A stretch of 64,000 bases of DNA. Source: Candidatus Tumulicola sp. (GTDB lineage Bacteria; Vulcanimicrobiota; Vulcanimicrobiia; Vulcanimicrobiales; Vulcanimicrobiaceae). The notes under the pieces were generated by a model. The model was not told the DNA's origin and did not search any database. It worked only from the letters and a program-made list of their open reading frames with translations. The stretch spans positions 740 through 64,739 of the forward strand of contig DASXXU010000116.1 in the NCBI GenBank assembly GCA_036502885.1, given 5' to 3'. The position numbers were made by a program, and so were the translations under genes. This document shows, one piece after another, positions 1 through 8,813 of the stretch. Every line of letters begins with the position of its first letter. Positions within the stretch are counted from its first letter, which is position 1.

Positions 1-254
1 ATATGGAACTTGCCGGAGTAACCCGCCTCCGCAAACGTGCACGAGTGCGTCAGACCACCACCGATGATAACGAGTTTGGGACAGCTCGAAACGATTTTGA
101 CCTTCGCCTCCGGCCGGCGTACCGATCCGTTTACGGCCGACGCCGACGGAGCGTATTGTGCCACGCTGGGTGCACCGTTCTGACACCCAGCCACGGGCAA
201 AGCAAGAAGCGTGCCGGCAACTATGAGTCGGCCAAAATTAGTATAGCAATGCAT
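1..254 (-). CDS. Lipoprotein of unknown function, N-terminal part only (gene runs off the left edge)
   Basis: Edge-truncated, so absent from the ORF track. My own minus-strand translation from the ATG at 252-254 gives MHCYTNFGRLIVAGTLLALPVAGCQNGAPSVAQYAPS..., a signal peptide plus lipobox (LPVAG|C). Third codon positions are GC-rich. Confidence 0.55.
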   Translation of the reverse strand, partial: MHCYTNFGRLIVAGTLLALPVAGCQNGAPSVAQYAPSASAVNGSVRRPEAKVKIVSSCPKLVIIGGGLTHSCTFAEAGYSGKFH

Positions 255-319
255 TTCGATTCTCCTAGACGATTCGTTCTTCGCTAGACCTGTCGCGAAT
301 TCGTTCGTCCATAGAATTA

Positions 320-1195
320 CTAACCCGGCGTTGCGGCGCCGGCGAAACGACGGCCTTGCTGCCAGCGCTCGGCCAGACGTGCAGCAACGCTTGCGACCAC
401 CGTGCGATTTCTCGTGCACGCTCCCCAATCGATGATATCCGGATCGCCGAATGCCGGAGACGCATTGGCCGAGCCGATCCACGCTCGCGATCCGCAAACG
501 GCGAACTTCTCGGTGTCGTCGGTCGTGCGAACCTCGACGCCGTCTCGAACCAGGCGCGCGAGCGCCGCCCGCTCGCGAGGATTCGATGCCAGCGGCCGGC
601 GCTGCACGAGGAGTCGCGGATGCCCGCCTCGTTTACCGAGCTCGTCGAGCGCGCGACAAACGGCGTTCGAGGTTCCGAACGTTTCGGTTTCGACCGTCAC
701 GCGATCGCCGGTCGCGGCTTTCTGCAACATGCGCGCTTCCAAACGCAACGCTTGGCGTTTCCGCAATGCGAATTCCGGGCGTCCGTCGGCGGCACGCCCC
801 GATGCCGTCGCGCGTACCGCGGCGGCATCCGCCGGGTCGTCGTCGCGCAGGATGAGATCGCCCCGCGCCCAGTTACGGTCGTCGAGGTACAACTTGCCGT
901 CGACCGCCAGCGCCTTTGCGTGCATCGGGCCGTCGGCTGCCCCACGGGTTAGATGAACGCGGACGCCGTTGCGCCGTAAGGATGTGGCCAGGTTGCGGTT
1001 GTGACCGGCAAAGGATCCGCGCGGATCATCGTAGGGCTGGCCCTCGAGCCGAACCGTTACGCGCGCACCGCGGCGCGCGGCGCCTTCGAGCGCATCCAGC
1101 ATCGGACGCGACTGGATGGTGTACCCGATCACCGCGATATCGCGGCCTTTTCCGACCGCCGCCAGCGCCGCCGTTCCCGAACTTAGCCGTACCAT
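320..1195 (-). CDS. Phospholipase D / HKD-superfamily protein (one intact, one degenerate HKD motif)
   Basis: ORF 320..1579 is trimmed to the internal Met (MVRLSS...) because the long form overlaps the ubiE gene. It has an intact HxKx4D motif 'HAKALAVDGKLYLDDRNW'. The second repeat, 'EKFAVCGSRAWIGSANAS', has Glu in place of His. Confidence 0.8.
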   Translation of the reverse strand: MVRLSSGTAALAAVGKGRDIAVIGYTIQSRPMLDALEGAARRGARVTVRLEGQPYDDPRGSFAGHNRNLATSLRRNGVRVHLTRGAADGPMHAKALAVDGKLYLDDRNWARGDLILRDDDPADAAAVRATASGRAADGRPEFALRKRQALRLEARMLQKAATGDRVTVETETFGTSNAVCRALDELGKRGGHPRLLVQRRPLASNPRERAALARLVRDGVEVRTTDDTEKFAVCGSRAWIGSANASPAFGDPDIIDWGACTRNRTVVASVAARLAERWQQGRRFAGAATPG

Positions 1196-1270
1196 CGTCG
1201 ATCGATCCCACCGGCCGACCCACCGGCTAGCCCAGGAGAGGGCCTCGCCCGCCGGAAAGCAGCCGGACCC

Positions 1271-1993
1271 ATGACTTCGAGCCGAATCGAACGCGGAAGC
1301 GGCGATAAAGGAGCCTTCGTACGGGCGATGTTCGCCCGTATTGCTCCACGCTACGACGCGACCAACCGCGTTCTGACAGCGGGGCTCGACGAGCGCTGGC
1401 GGCGCCGCGCGATCGGCGTACTGGCTCCAAAAGCCAACGATGCCATCGTCGACCTTTGCTGCGGAACCGGCGACCTGGTCTTCAACTTGGTCCGGCACGA
1501 CCGAACGATGGCCGTCACCGGCGTGGACTTTTGCGCGCCAATGCTCGAGCGGGCACGCGAACGGGCGGCGGCGGCGCACGCCGAAGTCCGATTCGTTGAG
1601 GGCGACGTCACGGCGCTTCCGTTTGAAGACGGCGCTTTCGACGGCGCGACGATGGGCTTCAGCCTGCGAAACGTCGAGGATGTCGACCGCGTGCTGCGCG
1701 AGATCCTACGCGTGCTGCGGCCCGGAGCCCGATTCGTTAACCTCGACGTCAGCAAAGCCCCGAACCGGTTGTTGAAGCGCGCGTTCGATGCGTACTTTTA
1801 CGGGATCGTGCCGATCGTCGGGGGCATCGTCGGCGGCTCGCGACAAGCCTACACGTATCTTCCGAACTCGTTGACCCACCATCCGAACGCCGAGCAGTTG
1901 CGCGACCGTTTCGCCGCGGCGGGATTTGCCGGCGCCGCATACGTTCCGCTGGTTGGCGGAACGATCGCAATTCATCACGGGACGAAGCCGTGA
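1271..1993 (+). CDS. ubiE: Demethylmenaquinone/ubiquinone C-methyltransferase (UbiE/MenG family)
   Basis: N-terminal family block 'MFARIAPRYDATNRVLTAGLDERWRR' and SAM-binding 'VDLCCGTGD'. Length 240 aa. Confidence 0.93.
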   Translation: MTSSRIERGSGDKGAFVRAMFARIAPRYDATNRVLTAGLDERWRRRAIGVLAPKANDAIVDLCCGTGDLVFNLVRHDRTMAVTGVDFCAPMLERARERAAAAHAEVRFVEGDVTALPFEDGAFDGATMGFSLRNVEDVDRVLREILRVLRPGARFVNLDVSKAPNRLLKRAFDAYFYGIVPIVGGIVGGSRQAYTYLPNSLTHHPNAEQLRDRFAAAGFAGAAYVPLVGGTIAIHHGTKP

Positions 1994-2994
1994 ACGACGC
2001 CATCTTTACGGAGGTCGATTGCGGCAAAGGCTCCGACCTGCAAGGCTTGGTCGAGCATTTTTTTGCATCGCGCTTTTCGACCGATAATGCAATTGTCACC
2101 GAGGCGGTCAAACGCATGCTGGCGGCGGGCGGCAAGCGGATTCGTCCGCGGATTACGCTGCTGGCATCGGCGGCTTGCGGTGGACGCGCCGGCGAGCATC
2201 TTCCGCTGGCGGCATATATGGAACTCATTCACGTGGCTACGCTGGTGCACGACGACGTGGTCGATAACGCCAGCACCCGGCGCGGCGTCAACGCTACCGC
2301 GGTGGACTACGGCAACCGCGTGAGCGTGTTGGCCGGCGACTATTTGTTCGCGTGGATTTTTAAGAACGTTACCGCCGGTTACCCGCATCCGATCCCGCAC
2401 GTTTTGTCGGCGACGTTGGCCGACATTTGCGACGGCGAAGTGCTGCAGTTGCAGGCCCTCGGCAATTTGAGCCTGCGCCCCGAAGAGTACGTTGAAATCG
2501 CGCGTAAGAAGACTGCATCGCTGTTCGCAGCTTCGGCTCGATGTGGCGCGGTCGCAACCGGAGCGCCCCAGGCTCAGATCGCCGCGCTTGCCGACTTCGG
2601 CGAGTATTACGGCATCGCGTTCCAAATGCGCGACGACGTCCTGGACATGATCGCCGACGAACGTTCGCTCGGCAAACCCGTCGGGAACGACCTGGCCGAA
2701 CGCAAGATAACGATTCCATTAATCGACGCCCTGGCGGCCGGAGATGACGACTTTCGTACCGTAGTCGAGCGTTTCTACCAAACCGGGGACGCATCGTCGA
2801 TCCCCGCGATCCTCGCCGGCGTACGCCGGTTCGGTATCGACGTAACGCAGCGCCGGATCGCCGGGTACGTACAAAAGGCCCGCGCCGCATTGGAGCCTCT
2901 CGCGCCGGGACCGTCGAAGCAAGAACTATCGAATTTGGCGGATGCGCTCGCCGGCGCCCCGGCCGAATCGAACGGACAAAGGAGAACCTCATGA
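1990..2994 (+). CDS. Long-chain polyprenyl diphosphate synthase
   Basis: Two Asp-rich prenyltransferase motifs, 'LVHDDVVDNASTRRG' and 'FQMRDDVLD'. GTGA start/stop overlap with ubiE. Confidence 0.9.
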   Translation: MNDAIFTEVDCGKGSDLQGLVEHFFASRFSTDNAIVTEAVKRMLAAGGKRIRPRITLLASAACGGRAGEHLPLAAYMELIHVATLVHDDVVDNASTRRGVNATAVDYGNRVSVLAGDYLFAWIFKNVTAGYPHPIPHVLSATLADICDGEVLQLQALGNLSLRPEEYVEIARKKTASLFAASARCGAVATGAPQAQIAALADFGEYYGIAFQMRDDVLDMIADERSLGKPVGNDLAERKITIPLIDALAAGDDDFRTVVERFYQTGDASSIPAILAGVRRFGIDVTQRRIAGYVQKARAALEPLAPGPSKQELSNLADALAGAPAESNGQRRTS

Positions 2995-3293
2995 GCGTAC
3001 ACGTGCAGCTCGCCCTGATCGACGCGCCGATCATCATCGGCATTCTCGTCGTCGGCGCGTTATTGTTCGGTGCGGAAAAGCTTCCGAAGCTGGCGCGCAG
3101 TGCCGGACAGGCTAAGAAAGAGTTCGTGATGGGCCAGATGGAGGCCGATGAAGCCACGATGCGGGCGCGCGAAGAAGCGCGTCGCCGCGTGGCCGAACAG
3201 CACTCCGACGTCATGAACAACGTCGAAGCCGGCTCGATGACGGGAGAAGCCGTTCCGCCGCCGACGCCCGGTAAGGGAACGCTGAGCTCGTAG
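2991..3293 (+). CDS. tatA: Twin-arginine translocase subunit TatA/E
   Basis: One N-terminal TM helix plus an amphipathic helix, 'IIIGILVVGALLFGAEKLPKLARSAGQAKKEF'. ATGA overlap with the upstream stop. Confidence 0.9.
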   Translation: MSVHVQLALIDAPIIIGILVVGALLFGAEKLPKLARSAGQAKKEFVMGQMEADEATMRAREEARRRVAEQHSDVMNNVEAGSMTGEAVPPPTPGKGTLSS

Positions 3294-3304
3294 AGCCCTC
3301 GACG

Positions 3305-4063
3305 ATGCTGCTCGAGCGGCAACCCACCTCGGCCGACGAGACGTGGGATCAAAAGGAGATGCCGTTTACGGAGCACCTTCGGGAGCTCCGACGCCGCATT
3401 TTGATCTCGCTGGCGACCGTTGGTGCGATCGCCGTTCTATTGTTTTGGCCGTCGCAGTTCATCATTCGTTGGATGATGAACGCGTATTTCCACGGGATTG
3501 CGCTCCACGCGTTCGGACCCGCCGATGTCATCTTCACCGAGTTCAAACTCGCGATCGTGGGCGGCATCGTTTTCGGTTTGCCGGTGCTGATGCAGCAGCT
3601 CTGGCTGTTCGTCGTCCCGGCGATCGCGCCGCGCACCAGGCGCATGGTCTACGCATTTATCGTTCCGTCGTTTTTGCTGGCGCTTGCGGGCTTAGCGTTC
3701 GGACACTTCATCGTGATCCCGCGCGTCGTTGCGGCGTTGCTCAGCATCACCAGCGAGGTTGCGACCCCGACCTTCGGAATCGCAACCACACTGAATTTCG
3801 TCATTATCCTACTCGCATTATTCGCCGTCATATTCCAAACGCCGATCGTGCTGGTCGGGCTGGCGCGTCTGGGAATCGTAAATGCGAAATCGCTGATGCA
3901 CTATCGGCGCCACGCGATCTTCGGCTTTTTCATCGCCGGCGGCATCGCCGCACCGGATGGCAACCCGCTAACGATGGCGATGCTGGCCGTACCGATGTAC
4001 GTTTTGTACGAAGCGTCGATCTGGATCATCCTGCTGCTCGGACGCAACTGGCACAAGGCCTAG
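3305..4063 (+). CDS. tatC: Twin-arginine translocase subunit TatC
   Basis: TatC-typical N-terminus 'MPFTEHLRELRRRILISL'. Polytopic (about 6 TM), 252 aa, directly after tatA. Confidence 0.93.
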   Translation: MLLERQPTSADETWDQKEMPFTEHLRELRRRILISLATVGAIAVLLFWPSQFIIRWMMNAYFHGIALHAFGPADVIFTEFKLAIVGGIVFGLPVLMQQLWLFVVPAIAPRTRRMVYAFIVPSFLLALAGLAFGHFIVIPRVVAALLSITSEVATPTFGIATTLNFVIILLALFAVIFQTPIVLVGLARLGIVNAKSLMHYRRHAIFGFFIAGGIAAPDGNPLTMAMLAVPMYVLYEASIWIILLLGRNWHKA

Positions 4064-4070
4064 GACTCTT

Positions 4071-5420
4071 TTGACCGCTCTCGACCGGACCGGCGTCAAT
4101 CGCGCGTACGCCGATTTTATCGCGACCTTCGGCAGCGTTTTGTTCGCGGTCAGCTTGTTCGTCGTGTGGGGGCTGCTCACGCTGGTCGGCGTGGTGGTAG
4201 ACCAAGGGAAAGATTTTCCAACCTACGTCGCGTCGTACGGCGCACCGCTGGCACGCTCGATCGTCCGCCTCGGCTTCGACAATATCTACCACTCGCCGTG
4301 GTACGTCGGCATCGTCGCGTTGATTCTTACCTCGCTCACGGTGTGCACGTTCAAACGCGTCATACCGGCGCGCTTACCGCGCCTACACCCCGTTGCGATC
4401 GAAAAGATCCCGTTACACGCAAGCTTCGAAGCCGACGGCGACGAGGCCGGCGTCCGCGAACGGGTCGCCACGACGTTGCGCCGGCGCGGCTGGTCGATTC
4501 GCGAGCGTGCGTTCGGCGGCGTCGAGTGGACTTTTGCCGATAAGAACAACTGGGCGCGGCGCGGGGTGCTGGTCGCGCACATCGGATTCGTCATTATCGC
4601 TGCCGGAACGACGATGTATTGGGCGCGCGGCTTTTCGGGCGATACCGCGGTGCTGACCGGTCAAGCGGTGCGCGTGCCGCAAACTGGGGCGATCCTGCGG
4701 CTAGATCGCTTCGCGTACAAGATCCAACCGATTCTTACGAAGAGCGGAATGGTCTATCAGCCGATCGATTACGTATCGCAGGTAACCGTGACCGGAAACG
4801 ACGGCGTCCCGCGCACGCTGACGGTTCGTGTGAACCATCCGATCGACGTCGACAAAACGTTATATTATCAGGCGAGTTACGGATTCGGGGTTCGCTTTGC
4901 GATATCGCACAACGGACGGCCGGATCTCGAACGATCGAGCCGGACGTTGTTCGAAGGCGATTCGATCGACTTTCCGGACGGAAGAACTTTATCGTACGAG
5001 CGCTTCGTTCCGACGATGGACCGGCGCAGCGGATTGCCCGCGGCCGATCCGCGCGTCAACGATCCGGGAGCCATCCTGCGCGCTTCGGTCGACGGGCAAT
5101 CGGTCGGCGAAGCGGTGGTCCCCCTGCGGACGTGGATCGACATCGGCGATGGATGGCGCGTTACGCCACAGAGATACGTGTTGTATAGCGGTTTTCAATA
5201 CCGGTACGACCCGGGGATCCCGCTGGTTGGAATCGGCGCCTTCGTGCTGCTGCTTGGCTTGCTGATCTCGTTCTACGTTCTGCCCGCGCGATTGTTCGTG
5301 CGGGTCGACCGGGCGGGGGCTCAGCGTTGGCGCGTTGGCGTAGCCGCCACGACCGTCAAGGGTTACGACGTTTTCGAACAAGAGTTTCAGAAACTCGTGG
5401 TAGCGTTAAGGCCAGGATGA
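4071..5420 (+). CDS. resB: Cytochrome c biogenesis protein ResB/Ccs1 (System II)
   Basis: N-terminal TM helices, a large soluble loop and a C-terminal TM ('IGAFVLLLGLLISFYVL'). Located immediately upstream of ccsA. TTG start. Confidence 0.85.
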   Translation: MTALDRTGVNRAYADFIATFGSVLFAVSLFVVWGLLTLVGVVVDQGKDFPTYVASYGAPLARSIVRLGFDNIYHSPWYVGIVALILTSLTVCTFKRVIPARLPRLHPVAIEKIPLHASFEADGDEAGVRERVATTLRRRGWSIRERAFGGVEWTFADKNNWARRGVLVAHIGFVIIAAGTTMYWARGFSGDTAVLTGQAVRVPQTGAILRLDRFAYKIQPILTKSGMVYQPIDYVSQVTVTGNDGVPRTLTVRVNHPIDVDKTLYYQASYGFGVRFAISHNGRPDLERSSRTLFEGDSIDFPDGRTLSYERFVPTMDRRSGLPAADPRVNDPGAILRASVDGQSVGEAVVPLRTWIDIGDGWRVTPQRYVLYSGFQYRYDPGIPLVGIGAFVLLLGLLISFYVLPARLFVRVDRAGAQRWRVGVAATTVKGYDVFEQEFQKLVVALRPG

Positions 5421-5427
5421 TGTTGCA

Positions 5428-6381
5428 ATGAAGACGCCACTCGACGAAGTACTGATGATAACGGCGCTGGGCTCTTACGTCCTGGCCGCCTTGGCCCTGC
5501 TGGTCTATTTCTTTTCGCGAGAAGAGTGGCTGCGGTTATTCGGCGCCCCGCTCGCGGTACTTGGCTGCGCGGCACAGTTCGCGCAGCTCGTCGTGCGCTT
5601 CGAAACGACCGGCATCTGGCCGTTGCTCAATCTTTACGGATCGCTCTCGCTCTTCGCAGCCATGGCGGTCGCGATATTCATCGGGTTCGCGATCCGGTAC
5701 AAGCTTTGGTTTGCAGGCGGCTTCGTGCTGGCGTTGGCGGCGATTTTTCTCGCCTACGGCATTACGTGGAACGAAGGGACCATGCCGGCGGTACCGTCGC
5801 TGCAATCGTATTGGGCGAAGATCCACGTCCCGATCGTCGTTTCGTCGTACGCTGCATTTTTGGTCGCGTTCGTCTTCTCCGGGATCTATCTCGTGAAGTA
5901 CTACGCCGAACGCGCGTTTGAAGGTGCGCCGTCGGCGCGGCTGGCGACCAACACGGGTGCGGCCTTTCCGCCCGGCGCGACGGCTTCGGTCAGCCTTCGG
6001 CGCGATACGCCGGCACTCGAAGCGGCGGCAGCACACGGCAACACCGTGGCGGCGTGGTTCGTCGCATTGCCGACCCTCGCGCAGCTCGATATCGTCGTCT
6101 ATCGCGCGATTGCAATCGGACTGCCGCTGATTTCGATCGGCATCATCACCGGCGCGATGTGGGCGAAAGAGGCTTGGGGTGCGTACTGGCAATGGGACCC
6201 GAAGGAAACCGCCGCACTCTTTTCGTGGATCGTCTACCTGGCGTACATGCATCTGCACACTCGCCACGCATGGCGTGGCATGCGCACCAACTGGGTCAGC
6301 GTGCTCGGCTTCGTTTCGATCGTCTTTTGCTACCTCGGCGTCAACATCTGGATATCCGGGCTGCATAGCTACAAGGTGTGA
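5428..6381 (+). CDS. ccsA: Cytochrome c assembly protein CcsA/ResC (System II haem handling)
   Basis: Trp-rich motif 'WGAYWQWDPKETAALFSW'. Polytopic membrane protein with conserved His residues downstream ('YMHLHTRH'). Confidence 0.92.
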   Translation: MKTPLDEVLMITALGSYVLAALALLVYFFSREEWLRLFGAPLAVLGCAAQFAQLVVRFETTGIWPLLNLYGSLSLFAAMAVAIFIGFAIRYKLWFAGGFVLALAAIFLAYGITWNEGTMPAVPSLQSYWAKIHVPIVVSSYAAFLVAFVFSGIYLVKYYAERAFEGAPSARLATNTGAAFPPGATASVSLRRDTPALEAAAAHGNTVAAWFVALPTLAQLDIVVYRAIAIGLPLISIGIITGAMWAKEAWGAYWQWDPKETAALFSWIVYLAYMHLHTRHAWRGMRTNWVSVLGFVSIVFCYLGVNIWISGLHSYKV

Positions 6382-6564
6382 GGCCCGGCATCCCGGCGAC
6401 GCCCGGATGCCACAAACGTTGTAGGCTCGCGCGCAAATCGTAGCGGCAGCGCGTCCGGGAAACGTCCCGGCCGCGAGTTTCGTCCTGGCGCGGCTAAACA
6501 GGGCAGGCTTACAATGCCGGGAAGAGGGGCCGCTAACGGCCACGTCCTTTTAGGAGAAGTCGAG

Positions 6565-7200
6565 TTGACCACACATCGCGCGTACGAGGAACCAGAAACC
6601 GCCGACGAGATCACCCGCCGGACATTCATGGCCAATGCCACCATGACGATTAGCGGAATCATCGGCGTCGTGCTCGCGGTGCCGCTGATCGGTTCGTTGC
6701 TTCCGAGCGGCGGCGGGAGCAAAGGCAGCTGGTCGGGGCTGACCAAGGCGGAGATCGACCAACTCGCAACGGCGACCTCGAAGCCGGTCAAGATGACGTT
6801 TACGCTCAAATATAAAGATGGCTATCTGCCCGAACAAGCCGCCGACGAGTACGTGTGGGGCATCAAGATCGACGCCGCCAAATTTCAGGCAGCGCGCCCC
6901 GATATCTACAAAGTGAGCGGCGGCAACGTCGATTATCCGGCCGTAAACCTCGGCTTCGTTATCTTTAGTCCGATTTGCCCGCATCTCGGTTGCCGCTTTA
7001 ACTGGAGTGCGGAGTCGAATCGTTTTCTGTGCCCGTGTCACGGTTCGCAGTACAACTTCGACGGAACGCACGAAGCCGGGCCGGCCCCGCGCGGGCTCGA
7101 TCCGCTGCCGTTTCGAGAGCAAAGCGGCGCCGCCGAAGTGACCTGGATTCAGTTCAGACCGAACGTACCCGATCGCGTCATCATCTCGTACCAAGCGTAA
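6565..7200 (+). CDS. qcrA: Rieske [2Fe-2S] subunit of a menaquinol:cytochrome c reductase
   Basis: Cluster boxes 'CPHLGC' and 'CPCHGS', and 'TRRTF' before the TM helix (Tat-type). The start is moved from ATG 6514 to the in-frame TTG 6565, which is preceded by AGGAGA (about 6553-6558). The longest ORF is 6514..7200. Confidence 0.88.
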   Translation: MTTHRAYEEPETADEITRRTFMANATMTISGIIGVVLAVPLIGSLLPSGGGSKGSWSGLTKAEIDQLATATSKPVKMTFTLKYKDGYLPEQAADEYVWGIKIDAAKFQAARPDIYKVSGGNVDYPAVNLGFVIFSPICPHLGCRFNWSAESNRFLCPCHGSQYNFDGTHEAGPAPRGLDPLPFREQSGAAEVTWIQFRPNVPDRVIISYQA

Positions 7201-7219
7201 CGGCCAGGAGTTAATACCG

Positions 7220-8758
7220 ATGCTGAATTGGATCGAAAAACGCACCGGCTTTATCTCGATGACGCAGGAGTTCCTCACCGAGGACGTTCCGGGCGGCGCG
7301 AGTTACTGGTACGTTTTCGGTAGCGCCACGCTGTTCGCGATGATCGTGCAGATCGTCACGGGCATCTTCCTAACGTTTTTCTACGCTCCGTCGGCTGCGA
7401 CGGCGTGGGAATCGACGCGCGCCATCTACCTCAACCCGTTCACGCATTTCATCATTTCGGTGCACTATTGGGGCGCGTCGGCGATGATCGCGCTGGTCTT
7501 TCTGCACCTACTGCAAGTGTTGATTTGGGGCGCGTATAAGTCGCCGCGCGAACTGCAGTGGATCGTCGGCGTGCTGCTGTTACTTGTTACGCTCGTCTTA
7601 GGCTTAACGGGATATCTGCTGCCGTGGGACATGGACGCCTATTTCGCATCGCAAGTCTCGTTGAATATCGCCGGTCTGCCGCCGATTGCCGGGCCGCTTC
7701 TGCAAAATATCGCCCAAGGCGGCGGCACGATCGGGACGGCCACGATCAACCGCTTCTTCGGCTTGCACGTGTGGCTGATGCCGGCGGCACTGCTCGGTCT
7801 CGTCGGCGCGCACTTAGCAATCTTCCGTCATAACGGTTCGGCCGGCCCGGTTGTCGACGATCGCCGTGGCCTCAAGCCTGGACGTTTTTGGCCCGACCAA
7901 ATGTTCATGGACGCGTTCGCGTCGTTCATCGTCTTCTTGATCATCATCGCCTTGGCACTGCTCCTTCCGCCATTCCTGGATCAAAAAGCCGACCCAACGA
8001 ACTCGCAGTTCGTACCGTATCCGGCTTGGTATTTCTTGTCGCTGTTCGGCTTGCTGGCGCTCGTGCCGGCGTCGCTCAGCATCGGTCCGGTTCCGTTGCC
8101 GATGGAACTCATCGCTACGGTCATCATACCGACGATCTTTTTACTCGTCGTATTGGCGATTCCGTGGATCGACCGCAGCACGGTGCGCAGCTTCTCGACG
8201 CGAGCCGGCATCTTATGGGGAACGACGATCATGATCATCGCGATCGTCGGACTCTCGATCTTCGCACAACTCCAGACCATGGCGAAACAGGCTGCAGCTC
8301 CACCGTCGCTCAGCCAGTCACAAATTCTGGCAGCTCCGGCCGAAACGACCGGCACTAACGGGACCCCCGTGAGCACCGCGCCGGGATCAAACAGTGCAAA
8401 CGCTCCGGCCGGCGGTTCGGCTCCAAGCGCGCAAGCTGCCAACGGCGCCAAGGTATTCAGCGCCAACTGTTCGTCGTGCCACGGCGCACAAGGCCAAGGC
8501 GTGCCGGGCGCGTTCCCGCCGCTGGCCAACAATCCGGTCGTCACCGGCGATGCAAACAAGGTAATCGGCATCCTGCTCGGCGGTTTACACGGATCGATCA
8601 CGGTGGGCGGATCCACGTACAACGGGCAAATGCCCGCGTGGAAGGGCACGCTCTCGAACTCCGACATCGCCGACGTCATCACGTACATCCGCACCTCGCT
8701 CGGCAACAACAAAGCCTCAGCCGTGACCACGGCGCAAGTGAGCGGATATAAACCCTAG
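7220..8758 (+). CDS. qcrB: Fused cytochrome b6-like / subunit IV-like / mono-haem cytochrome c protein
   Basis: Haem-ligand pairs H-x13-H ('HYWGASAMIALVFLH') and H-x14-H ('HVWLMPAALLGLVGAH'). Qo-region 'PYPAWYF'. Additional TM helices and an Ala/Pro/Ser/Gly linker. C-terminal 'CSSCHG' with a Met candidate in 'GQMPAW'. Confidence 0.9.
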   Translation: MLNWIEKRTGFISMTQEFLTEDVPGGASYWYVFGSATLFAMIVQIVTGIFLTFFYAPSAATAWESTRAIYLNPFTHFIISVHYWGASAMIALVFLHLLQVLIWGAYKSPRELQWIVGVLLLLVTLVLGLTGYLLPWDMDAYFASQVSLNIAGLPPIAGPLLQNIAQGGGTIGTATINRFFGLHVWLMPAALLGLVGAHLAIFRHNGSAGPVVDDRRGLKPGRFWPDQMFMDAFASFIVFLIIIALALLLPPFLDQKADPTNSQFVPYPAWYFLSLFGLLALVPASLSIGPVPLPMELIATVIIPTIFLLVVLAIPWIDRSTVRSFSTRAGILWGTTIMIIAIVGLSIFAQLQTMAKQAAAPPSLSQSQILAAPAETTGTNGTPVSTAPGSNSANAPAGGSAPSAQAANGAKVFSANCSSCHGAQGQGVPGAFPPLANNPVVTGDANKVIGILLGGLHGSITVGGSTYNGQMPAWKGTLSNSDIADVITYIRTSLGNNKASAVTTAQVSGYKP

Positions 8759-8813
8759 GGAAGTTGCGGCTACCGCGCGGCTCGTCTGCGCGTCGCGGGC
8801 CAGCGCGCTCGCA

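Noticed and set aside
3-287. A 94-aa + strand ORF at the left edge.
   Set aside because: It has no recognisable features. The opposite strand encodes a convincing signal peptide and lipobox starting at 254, so the + ORF is taken as a shadow.
6510-6515. TACAAT as a -10 box for an internal Rieske/cytochrome b promoter.
   Set aside because: There is no acceptable -35 element at 16-19 nt spacing. It is mentioned only inside the finding on the 6382-6564 gap and is not annotated as a feature.
8753-8759. Programmed +1 frameshift at CCC-TAG-G fusing the cytochrome b-c protein to HemC.
   Set aside because: The frames fit, but the fusion makes no topological sense: a periplasmic cytochrome c domain followed by a cytoplasmic enzyme. 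No stimulatory Shine-Dalgarno-like element is at the right distance. It is kept only as the least likely explanation in the hemC finding.
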